A stretch of 15,789 nucleotides of DNA from Verrucomicrobiales bacterium (GTDB lineage: Bacteria > Verrucomicrobiota > Verrucomicrobiia > Verrucomicrobiales > V1-33): contig JANOAV010000214.1 of NCBI GenBank assembly GCA_031411295.1, positions 1 to 15,789 on the forward strand. The letters are read 5' to 3'. The position numbers and the translations under genes are program-made. Under the pieces are notes generated by a model, which was not told the origin of the DNA, did no database searches, and was given only the letters and a program-made list of their open reading frames with translations. Below are positions 8,219 through 15,789 of the stretch, piece by piece (position 1 is the first letter of the stretch; each line of letters begins with the position of its first letter).

Positions 8219-8501
8219 GACTGAGCACGCGTCCCGAGTAACGAATGCCATGAAAGCCGAAGATTTCCTGCAACAAAACTGGGTCCGCCTGATTCGGGTC
8301 CAACTCTTTGCGGTTACGGACTAAAGTCCACAACCACAATGCAAGAGCCGCTTTCGGGCTCAATGGCGTCGGGGGCAGCGCAGACGGTCCAGACGATGTC
8401 GTCTATTGAAATGACGATCCGGTTCCGGCCATTCGGGTGGGGCTGGTTTTTCCAGACCGAATGGTCGCCCCGCTGCGGAACGGATGTTTTGGGGATAATA
8501 C

Positions 8502-8530
8502 TTGCGCCCCCGAAGCGGGCTCTCTATGGT
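8502..8530 (+). promoter_or_regulatory. Putative sigma70 promoter of gyrA
   Basis: TTGCGC-N17-TATGGT, about 60 bp upstream of the probable GTG start. Confidence 0.5.
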
Positions 8531-8592
8531 AGCGCTCTCCCTCCGTGCCCCGGGCGCAGCGGGAGGAATTCAGCCCTATTTTCCCTGTTACT

Positions 8593-11436
8593 GTGAGCGA
8601 TCCTAACAACCGTATTGAATCCATTAATGTAGCCGATGAGATGTCCAAGTCTTTCTTGGATTACTCCATGTCGGTGATTATTTCCCGTGCCTTGCCAGAT
8701 GCCCGGGACGGCCTGAAACCTTCCCAGCGGCGGATTCTCTTCGCCATGAGCGAGCTGAGCCTCTGGCCCAACAAGAAGCCTTATAAGTGCGCGAAAATTT
8801 GCGGTGACACGTCTGGAAACTACCACCCGCACGGGGAAGCCGTCATTTACCCGACGCTGGTGCACATGGCTCAGCCGTGGGCGATGCGTGACACGCTGAT
8901 CGAAGGGCAGGGAAATTTTGGTTCGATGGATGGCGATACTGCCGCTGCCATGCGTTATACGGAAGCCCGTCTCACTCACTTGGGCACCGCCCTGCTGGAC
9001 GACATGGACAAGGATACCGTGGATTTTGTCCCCAACTATGACGAGCGGCTCACGGAGCCGACGGTCTTTCCAGCTGCCTTTCCCAACCTGATCGTTAATG
9101 GCGGCACGGGGATAGCGGTGGGCATGGCCACGAATCTGGCACCGCATAATTTGGGCGAAGTGGTGGACGGCATCTGTGCGCAGATCGATAATCCGGCCAT
9201 CACAGGCATGGAGTTGATCGAATACATCAAGGGGCCGGATTTCCCGACGGGTGGCTTCATTCTCGGCAAGACCGGGATCATTCAATACATGACCACTGGT
9301 CGGGGTCAGGTGCGCGTGCGCGGCAAGGTGGAAATTGAGGAAGCCGACAATGGTCGCGAGCAGATCGTGGTGACGGAAGTGCCGTATAACACGAATCGCG
9401 CCACGCTGATGATCCGCATTGGCGAGCTGGCGAATGAGAAGGTGCTGCCAGAAATTTCCGCAGTGCGTGATGAATGCTCGGAGACGACGCGGATCGTGAT
9501 CGAGCTGAAGAAGGATGCCCGGGCGCAAGTGGTGGTGAACAACCTCTATAAATACACCGCGCTGGGTGGAAGTTTCAGCGTGAACATGTTGGCGATTGAT
9601 AATCGGCGGCCGCGCTTGCTGACCATGAAGGACGCGATTGCTTGTTATATCGAGCATCGGCGGGAAGTGGTCTTGCGGCGGACGAAATATTTGCTGCGCA
9701 AGGCCGAGGATCGTGCGGAAATTCTGGAAGCGTTGTTGCTGAGCAGTTCGCAGATCGATGATTTCATCAAGATGATCCGGGATTCGAAGGATCGGGCGGA
9801 AGCCGAAGCGAAGATCAAGGCGTATCATTTCACCGAAGCCGCCGCCCTCAGTTTGGGTGTGGTGATGCACAGTCAGCCGCATTTCCGGAACGGAAATTAC
9901 TATTTCAGCGACCGCCAGGTGAAGGCCATCGTGGAGCTGCAACTCTACAAGCTCACCAGCCTGGAACGCCACAAGGTGAAGGAAGAGTATGATGCCGTGA
10001 TGCTCGAAATTGCGGACTACATGGACATCATCGCCAATGAGTCCCGCGTGATGACGATTATCAAAGAGGAACTGCAAACGATCAAGGCCAAGCATGCGAC
10101 ACCGCGTTTGACGCAGATCATTGCCGACGATTCTGACATCAACACCATCGACCTGATTGCCAATGAAGCGCAGATCATCACGATCACGCATCGGGGTTAC
10201 ATCAAGCGCACCATTACCAGCCAGTTCCGCAGCCAACGCCGCGGGGGCAAGGGCATGAAGGGCATGGCCACCCGGGAAGCGCAGCATGATGATGAAGTGG
10301 ATGACTTCGTAGAACACATGTTCAGCGCCAGTTCCCACGATTACCTGATGTTCTTCACGAACTCTGGTCGGGTCTATGTGGAGCGCGTTTTCCAAATCCC
10401 TGAGGCCGACCGCACCGGTAAAGGACGCAGCATCAAGAATCTCCTCAACCTGCGCCCGGAGGAGAAAATCGCCTCCGTGCTGCGCGTGGCCGCTGAAGGC
10501 GAGTCCGATAAGGATATTACTTTCTCTGACGATAAGTTTGTTATCTTCGGCACCAAGAATGGGGTCGTGAAGCGCACGAACTTGTCGCAATATCGTAATT
10601 TCCGGAAGGACGGCATCATCGCCATTACGATTCAGGAAGGTGACTTCCTGATTGGATGCCTGCTAACATCTGGCCGGGATGAAATCGTTTTTGTAACTCA
10701 TGAGGGTTACAGCCTGCGCTTGAAGGAATATGCCGAATCAGCGGATGCCAAAGAGGCTGGTGAAGCTGGAGTGGTCGAGGTGGAGGAAGTCTCGGATGAG
10801 GAATCTGAAGCCGAAGCCGACGTGGAAACTGATGCTGATGCTGATGCTGAAGATACCGAAGGTGAAGGCGAGGATGAAGCCGAAGGCAAGTCCAAAGGCG
10901 GTCTGCGCAGCATGGGTCGCCAAGCCAAGGGCGTCCGTGGGATTAAGCTTCGCAAGGGTGACTATGTAGTCAGCCTAACCACAGTGGAAACCGGAGCCAT
11001 GTTGCTGGTGGCCAGTGAGAATGGCTTGGGCAAACGCAGCAGCTTCGATGAATACCGCATCCAAAGCCGTGGCGGCAAAGGCATCATCACCATGAAGACC
11101 ACGGAGAAAACCGGCAAGGTCATTGCCGCCATCGTGGTGCATGATGAGGATGAACTCATGCTCATGACCACCAGCGGTCAAAGCGTGCGCATCCCCGTTA
11201 ATCAAATCCGTGAGACTGGCCGCAACGCCCAAGGGGTGAAATTGCTGACGCTCAAGGGTGGGGAACTGCTCCGTGATATCGCCAAGGTCATCTCCGATAA
11301 GGATGATGCCGAAGGAAACGATGCCGAAGCTGGCGAAGGCGTCGAGGGCGAAGCCACGGAGCCAGCAGTCGATTCCATCAGCGACGACGGGAACATTGCC
11401 GAAGCAGACGATAGCACAGACGCCAGCGAGAGCTAG
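8593..11436 (+). CDS. gyrA: DNA gyrase subunit A
   Basis: SFLDYSMSVIISRALPDARDGLKP, YHPHG, catalytic AAMRYTE, GyrA-box QRRGGKG, beta-pinwheel repeats and an acidic tail. Probable start is the GTG at 8593. Confidence 0.97.
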   Translation: MSDPNNRIESINVADEMSKSFLDYSMSVIISRALPDARDGLKPSQRRILFAMSELSLWPNKKPYKCAKICGDTSGNYHPHGEAVIYPTLVHMAQPWAMRDTLIEGQGNFGSMDGDTAAAMRYTEARLTHLGTALLDDMDKDTVDFVPNYDERLTEPTVFPAAFPNLIVNGGTGIAVGMATNLAPHNLGEVVDGICAQIDNPAITGMELIEYIKGPDFPTGGFILGKTGIIQYMTTGRGQVRVRGKVEIEEADNGREQIVVTEVPYNTNRATLMIRIGELANEKVLPEISAVRDECSETTRIVIELKKDARAQVVVNNLYKYTALGGSFSVNMLAIDNRRPRLLTMKDAIACYIEHRREVVLRRTKYLLRKAEDRAEILEALLLSSSQIDDFIKMIRDSKDRAEAEAKIKAYHFTEAAALSLGVVMHSQPHFRNGNYYFSDRQVKAIVELQLYKLTSLERHKVKEEYDAVMLEIADYMDIIANESRVMTIIKEELQTIKAKHATPRLTQIIADDSDINTIDLIANEAQIITITHRGYIKRTITSQFRSQRRGGKGMKGMATREAQHDDEVDDFVEHMFSASSHDYLMFFTNSGRVYVERVFQIPEADRTGKGRSIKNLLNLRPEEKIASVLRVAAEGESDKDITFSDDKFVIFGTKNGVVKRTNLSQYRNFRKDGIIAITIQEGDFLIGCLLTSGRDEIVFVTHEGYSLRLKEYAESADAKEAGEAGVVEVEEVSDEESEAEADVETDADADAEDTEGEGEDEAEGKSKGGLRSMGRQAKGVRGIKLRKGDYVVSLTTVETGAMLLVASENGLGKRSSFDEYRIQSRGGKGIITMKTTEKTGKVIAAIVVHDEDELMLMTTSGQSVRIPVNQIRETGRNAQGVKLLTLKGGELLRDIAKVISDKDDAEGNDAEAGEGVEGEATEPAVDSISDDGNIAEADDSTDASES

Positions 11437-11453
11437 CAGCCTGAGGAACACTC

Positions 11454-11551
11454 TAGGAGTGGGGCTTTGTAAGCCCGATACCCAAGCGTGGGTATTGCTT
11501 AGCTCAATTTGTTATCCTATCATGATGGTGGGGCTTTCAAAGCCCCCCACC
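11454..11551. repeat. Cluster of REP-like GTGG palindromes downstream of gyrA
   Basis: GTGGGGCTTT occurs twice (11459, 11528), each forming a hairpin (GGGCTT-TGT-AAGCCC; GGGGCTTT-C-AAAGCCCC), with ATACCCA-AGCG-TGGGTAT between them. Confidence 0.5.
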
Positions 11552-11674
11552 TTGGGAAGAGGCCCCAGCCACAGAAAACCCCATTTACGCGCTACAGCTC
11601 AGGCGATAACCTGTTCATGTGCATGGATCTCGCATTGCGTTTTTAGTAATTATGATTTAGCTTGGAAATTCATA

Positions 11675-12169
11675 ATGAAACTATTTTCCAGCTCACCATT
11701 ATTCAAAGCATGGTCCCAAGGACGACCAGGGTTTAGTGCGGGTTTGTTTTATGCGATGATGGGTATCGTGGGTGTCTGGTCCAGTGGGTTGTTGTTTGTG
11801 CCCGCAGTGGTGGATGCCACGTTGCAGCGGATGCACTTGGCTACGAGTTCCTTTCCGGCGTTCGCAGCGCAGCAGATTTCCCCAGCGATGTATAATTTCG
11901 CCAATCAAGGTTGGCGCGCTCCAGAGGATGTCACTCTGGAGCAATGGAATGCCAGAAACCATGATCCCGGAAGCTACTTCAATCATTTCCCCGTTAGAAA
12001 TCTCACCTGGTTCGAGCGCGATCAAGTCGGTCCGGCGGGACTCTGGGGGTATTATCGGTCCCGTTTTCAGGGGCGGGAATTGCACACCAAGTATCGCTTG
12101 GAGCCCAGCCCCGAGGGCGGATGGAACGTGATCCGAGTCGAATCCAAATTCTCCGATGAACTCCATTAA
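11675..12169 (+). CDS. Hypothetical protein with an N-terminal TM anchor
   Basis: Likely start is the ATG at 11675; the longer ORF call overlaps gyrA. One TM helix, then PAMYNFAN and NHFP segments; overlaps the next gene by 14 bp. Confidence 0.7.
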   Translation: MKLFSSSPLFKAWSQGRPGFSAGLFYAMMGIVGVWSSGLLFVPAVVDATLQRMHLATSSFPAFAAQQISPAMYNFANQGWRAPEDVTLEQWNARNHDPGSYFNHFPVRNLTWFERDQVGPAGLWGYYRSRFQGRELHTKYRLEPSPEGGWNVIRVESKFSDELH

Positions 12170-12968
12170 ATCCGCCGCTGAAAATCCCCGACTGATGGCT
12201 TGGCGGATTGCCTTGGGGATTAGTCTGTTCGCTTGGTTCGTGAAATCGAAGGACCAGATCAACCTATTTTTCCAAGGGCCAGATCACGCGATTCGACATC
12301 ACACCTTGCTGCCGGATTGGTTGTGCAGTCCCGTGGTGGGTGGGGTGGCCTATTTCACGCCAGTGCTTTGCTTTCTGGCCCTGCGGGCTCATCGCGCAGT
12401 GTGGCTGCGCCTGGCTGGACTGACCTATGCGGCCTGTTCCTTGGTGATGCTCTGGCATGTCCAAAGTTACAATGACGCGACGCATCTCACAGCTTTCTAT
12501 TTGGGGCTGTGGTTAGCGTGGTGGGCTGGTCGGGTGGAGCGGACGGACGCGGGATCTTATTGGCATGGCATCGCGCTGGCTATCGGTATCATTTCCCTGT
12601 GTTGGCTGGGAGGAGGCATCGGGAAACTCACCTCCGAGTATTGGGCGGGAGAGCCGTTCTATCACCTCTACTTCATGGATAAATCCCAGTTTCCCTTCAG
12701 TTGGATGCGGGCGCATCTGAACCAGGAGACCATCCACACCTACGCGCAGTGGTTCTCGCGGACGGTGGTGGTGGTGGAGTTGGTGCTGGCGACCGGCATC
12801 CTGTGGCCTCCCCGCTGGGCTATCACGGCTAGCATCCTGGCGCTTTCGGGAATGGTGATGATCTCTCAACTGCAACTTTTTTCCGTATTAGGGTCATTAA
12901 TGGGGCTGGCGTTAGCGGTGGGTTGGCTGTTAAAGTCAGAGCCAAATTCCACCACCACTCCCACATGA
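12156..12968 (+). CDS. Polytopic membrane protein, HTTM/DoxX-like
   Basis: About 7-8 hydrophobic segments; GGIGKLTSEYWAGEP resembles the HTTM GxxK...W..G motif; a VVVVEL helix follows. Confidence 0.6.
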   Translation: MNSIKSAAENPRLMAWRIALGISLFAWFVKSKDQINLFFQGPDHAIRHHTLLPDWLCSPVVGGVAYFTPVLCFLALRAHRAVWLRLAGLTYAACSLVMLWHVQSYNDATHLTAFYLGLWLAWWAGRVERTDAGSYWHGIALAIGIISLCWLGGGIGKLTSEYWAGEPFYHLYFMDKSQFPFSWMRAHLNQETIHTYAQWFSRTVVVVELVLATGILWPPRWAITASILALSGMVMISQLQLFSVLGSLMGLALAVGWLLKSEPNSTTTPT

Positions 12969-13876
12969 ATCACCTGCCAACCCTTTGGATCACGCTCTCG
13001 CTGTTTGCTACTACCAGCCTCCGGGCGGAGGAGAAAATTAATCTCAGCCTCGATTGGAAGCCGGGAAAAGTTTACCAACAACAAATTGAGATGAGCCAAG
13101 TCCTCGGCGTGCCGCGTCATGGTGAAGCCAAAGCCAAGACGAATCTACAGATGGCCCTGAAGTCCGGCAAGACTGGGCTGCTGGTGAGCTTTGATAGTCT
13201 CAAGGTCCTGCTGGATCCTCCAGCGCCTGCACAAAATCAGGAGTTCGACTCAGCGATGCCAGGGGAAGGTAATCAGGATATTGCCCAATTCTATGGTGAC
13301 CTGCGGAAGCAGTCTCCGAAGCTGCTCTTGGATGACCGGGGGAAGGTGCGCGACGTCACGGGGTTGGATCCACAGAAAATTCAGAATCCCATCCTTGCTA
13401 GGTTCCTGGGGCGGGAGCAGTTGGCGAACCTGATGCTGCAGGGTTGGCTGACTAGCATGCCTGCCACCGCAGTGGGCAAGGGAGATTCCTGGCCCTATCA
13501 AATGAAGTTCCCCACGCCGGTGGGAGCCCTTTTCATCAAGGGTAACTACACGTTAGGCGGCCGATCCGAGCGCGGCGGTAAGAGCCTGCTGGAGATCCAG
13601 CTCACGGGTCAAGTTCAGGGAGACTTCTCCAAGGCAGACCCCAACGAGAAGGACGAGGAGGTGCTGAAAGTTCAAGGGATGATGCTGCTGATGGGCGTGA
13701 AAGTAAAAGTGGGCACTGTCAAAGGCTCCCTCTGGTATGATCCCGTCACCAAGATGCTGATAAGTTCGGAGGTGGATACCAACATTCGGCTCAGCGTGGA
13801 GAAGTTTCCAGAAAACGGTCAGCCGACTGAGATTCCGATCCAACAAACCATGACCTTAACACTCACGGAGCAGTAG
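12965..13876 (+). CDS. Secreted/periplasmic hypothetical protein (DUF6263-like)
   Basis: ATGA overlap with the preceding stop; signal peptide ending SLRA-EE; motifs WKPGKVY, GKVRDVTG and MPATAVGKGDSW. The family assignment is from memory of the motif pattern. Confidence 0.65.
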   Translation: MNHLPTLWITLSLFATTSLRAEEKINLSLDWKPGKVYQQQIEMSQVLGVPRHGEAKAKTNLQMALKSGKTGLLVSFDSLKVLLDPPAPAQNQEFDSAMPGEGNQDIAQFYGDLRKQSPKLLLDDRGKVRDVTGLDPQKIQNPILARFLGREQLANLMLQGWLTSMPATAVGKGDSWPYQMKFPTPVGALFIKGNYTLGGRSERGGKSLLEIQLTGQVQGDFSKADPNEKDEEVLKVQGMMLLMGVKVKVGTVKGSLWYDPVTKMLISSEVDTNIRLSVEKFPENGQPTEIPIQQTMTLTLTEQ

Positions 13877-13883
13877 TTGAACC

Positions 13884-14342
13884 ATGCTCCACATCGTCCT
13901 GCACCAACCAGAAATTCCACCCAACACCGGCAACGTCGGACGACTGTGCCTCTCCACCGGCACGCGCTTGCACTTGGTGGAGCCCCTTGGCTTTTCCATG
14001 GACGATAAAACCCTGCTGCGCGCAGGACTGGACTACTGGAAAGATGTCGATTGCCACCGGTGGCCGGATTGGGAGACGCTCCGAGCGGCTGCCGGCCCGG
14101 ACGCGCGATTCTGGTATTTTACCACCAAAACCAAGCGGCGTCATTGGGACGCCACCTTTCAAGATGGTGACTACCTTGTCTTCGGTCGCGAAACCAAAGG
14201 CCTGCCCGAAACCCTCCTGACTGAGAACGAGACCTCTTGTGTGACCATTCCGCAAACGGCAGGTCGCAGCTTGAACCTGGCCACGTCCGTGGGCATCGGT
14301 CTTTATGAGGCTCTGCGGCAGTTGGAGTTCCGGTTGCGTTAG
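13884..14342 (+). CDS. trmL: tRNA (cytidine/uridine(34)-2'-O)-methyltransferase TrmL (SPOUT)
   Basis: IVLHQPEIPPNTGN, LHLVEPLGF, RAGLDYW, FGRETKGL, RSLNLA and YEALRQ. Confidence 0.95.
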   Translation: MLHIVLHQPEIPPNTGNVGRLCLSTGTRLHLVEPLGFSMDDKTLLRAGLDYWKDVDCHRWPDWETLRAAAGPDARFWYFTTKTKRRHWDATFQDGDYLVFGRETKGLPETLLTENETSCVTIPQTAGRSLNLATSVGIGLYEALRQLEFRLR

Positions 14343-14401
14343 TCTGTCGATTCGAATCGCCAAATGCTCATTTTCCCCGAAAATACTAAAAATCAAAACT
14401 C

Positions 14402-15466
14402 ATGAAACGTCGATCTTTTCTGCAAACTTCCGCCTGGGCCGCCGGGGCCTTGACGCTGCCAACACGGGCCGAGGGATCCGCTGCGGCAGTGGAATTTTTC
14501 CTCGTGGGGGATACCCACTACCGGGCCGAGGAAGAAACCCCGGGGAGCATGATGCAGGTTTCTGCGGAAACGAACGCCCGCTTGGTGCAGTGGCTGAACG
14601 TATTGCCCGGCACGGTGGTCCCAACCACGGCTGGCGGAGGACAGTTGGGAAATCCTCATGGAGTGATCCACGCGGGGGATTTAATTGATAGTGGAGACAA
14701 AACCGGCGGGGTGCATCCGCAGATGCAACAGACGGAGTGGAATTCCTTTCAAGCCGACTGGGGGCTGAATGGAGGCGATGGCAAGCTGAAGTGGCCGGTC
14801 CGGGAGGTCTATGGGAATCATGATAGCCCGGGCGGCACTGGCTTGGTGATCGATCAACTCAAGGAGCGCAACACCCGCCGGCAGGGACTCAAGAAAGTTT
14901 CCCCGAATGGGCTGCATTATTCTTGGGATTGGCAGGGAGTGCACTTTATCAATCTTGGGATTGTGGTGGGGGAAGTGGCCAGCGTGAAACGCAAACGCCG
15001 CTATGCTCCCATGGCCAGCCTTGATTTCCTGATCAGCGACCTGACGGAGCATGTGGGGGAATCAGGGAAGCCAGTGGTCATCACCCACCATGTGGACATG
15101 TTGCGCTACGCAGCACCAGCGGCGGAGGCAGAGGTGGTGAAGAAAGAATGGGATTATGCGGATGTGGCGGCATTCTATGCCGCGCTGAAACCCTATCGGG
15201 TGGCGGCTATTCTGTTTGGGCACACCCATGTCCGCAATATTTTCCGTTGGGATGGTGGATCCAAACCTGCGCCCAAAAACCCTGCGGCCATTCCGGTATT
15301 CAATACGGACAATGCCGCGCATTTCAACAGTGACGGCCAAGCGTTCCTCCATTTTACGATTTCCAGTCAGGAAACGTTGGTGCGCGAGTTCTTCACCACC
15401 GATGCTTGGGCCACCGCAGCTTGGCGGGAGCAGGTGTGGAAATTTGCCCTGCCAGCACCAGTCTAG
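14402..15466 (+). CDS. Tat-exported calcineurin-like metallophosphoesterase
   Basis: MKRRSFL twin-arginine signal; motifs GDTHY, AGDLID, GNHD, THH and FGHTH. Confidence 0.88.
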   Translation: MKRRSFLQTSAWAAGALTLPTRAEGSAAAVEFFLVGDTHYRAEEETPGSMMQVSAETNARLVQWLNVLPGTVVPTTAGGGQLGNPHGVIHAGDLIDSGDKTGGVHPQMQQTEWNSFQADWGLNGGDGKLKWPVREVYGNHDSPGGTGLVIDQLKERNTRRQGLKKVSPNGLHYSWDWQGVHFINLGIVVGEVASVKRKRRYAPMASLDFLISDLTEHVGESGKPVVITHHVDMLRYAAPAAEAEVVKKEWDYADVAAFYAALKPYRVAAILFGHTHVRNIFRWDGGSKPAPKNPAAIPVFNTDNAAHFNSDGQAFLHFTISSQETLVREFFTTDAWATAAWREQVWKFALPAPV

Positions 15467-15579
15467 CCTTGGAATGTGGATCAGCCCGCTGGGCTGATCT
15501 GGAAAGAATTGAGCATTCCGTGAGCAGTCCAGCGAACTGGTCCACGTGCTACCTGATCCTTTGTGATGATGGTGTAAGC

Positions 15580-15621
15580 TCACGAAAAAGCCAGCCTCAA
15601 AGCGAGGCTGGCTTTTCGTGA
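15580..15621. terminator. Bidirectional-type intrinsic terminator
   Basis: TCACGAAAAAGCCAGCCTC-AAAGC-GAGGCTGGCTTTTCGTGA: a long stem with an A-tract on the left and a T-tract on the right. Confidence 0.8.
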
Positions 15622-15652
15622 ATTTTAACTAATCCCAGCGCTTCAGCGCTTA

Positions 15653-15789
15653 GAACCTGTCCGGCAAATAAACTTAACAGCCATAATGGGATTACTTAGT
15701 GAGGCGTCTGACGGCGAAGCCGATCATGGCGAGATAGACAAAGGCTTCGTGGTGACTGGGTTTGCGCTCGTGGTCGCGCACGAGGCGGC
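15653..15789 (-). mobile_element. Right end of an IS5-family insertion sequence (probably IS1031 subgroup), truncated by the window edge
   Basis: Transposase C-terminus on the minus strand. Candidate terminal IR starts GAACCTGTCCGGCAAATA at 15653, preceded by TTA (TWA-type target). Confidence 0.75.
15692..15789 (-). CDS. IS5-family transposase, C-terminal fragment (partial; absent from the ORF track)
   Basis: The minus strand translates as ...RLVRDHERKPSHHEAFVYLAMIGFAVRRLTK*, matching the RRL..DYER......A...LAMI....RRL C-terminus of IS5 DDE transposases. Confidence 0.85.
   Translation of the reverse strand, partial: RLVRDHERKPSHHEAFVYLAMIGFAVRRLTK

Noticed and set aside
8524..10590. 688-aa ORF antisense to gyrA
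   Set aside because: Codon-aligned shadow ORF typical of GC-rich conserved genes.
10729..10902. Intein in GyrA
   Set aside because: No N-terminal Cys/Ser block or C-terminal His-Asn, low complexity, and not at the known GyrA intein site near the catalytic Tyr.
11258..11674. N-terminal extension of ORF 11258-12169
   Set aside because: Overlaps gyrA and crosses the palindromic intergenic element; the ATG at 11675 is more plausible.
15479..15499. Hairpin GATCAGCCC-GCT-GGGCTGATC as a terminator
   Set aside because: No U-tract on either side, and a better terminator lies at 15580-15621. It may only stabilise the mRNA 3' end.

Overview
Bacterial chromosomal window, probably from a Verrucomicrobiota/PVC organism (inferred from the GyrA motif HPHGEAVIYPT and the accessory gene types). 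From left to right: (1) three minus-strand exported proteins, namely a Tat-type TIM-barrel sugar isomerase/epimerase, an EF-hand/redoxin/CxxCH/copper-monooxygenase-like fusion and a ThuA-domain protein; (2) a divergent sigma54-type PII-amtB operon with a strong terminator; (3) a ~1.7 kb accessory island (6740-8480) with a 42-bp double-palindrome tandem array followed by what look like decayed integron-type gene cassettes without an integrase; (4) a stand-alone gyrA with a long acidic insertion in the C-terminal domain and an altered QRDR; (5) a co-directional run of a hypothetical protein, an HTTM-like membrane protein, a secreted protein, trmL and a Tat metallophosphoesterase; (6) the 3' end of an IS5-family element at the right edge. 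The most notable unannotated structures are a 132-bp miniature element (19-bp terminal inverted repeats, perfect 9-bp target duplication) wrapped around a REP doublet at 1308-1439, and the repeat-array/cassette island. No database searches were possible, so family names come from motif recognition and no novelty claim is confirmed.
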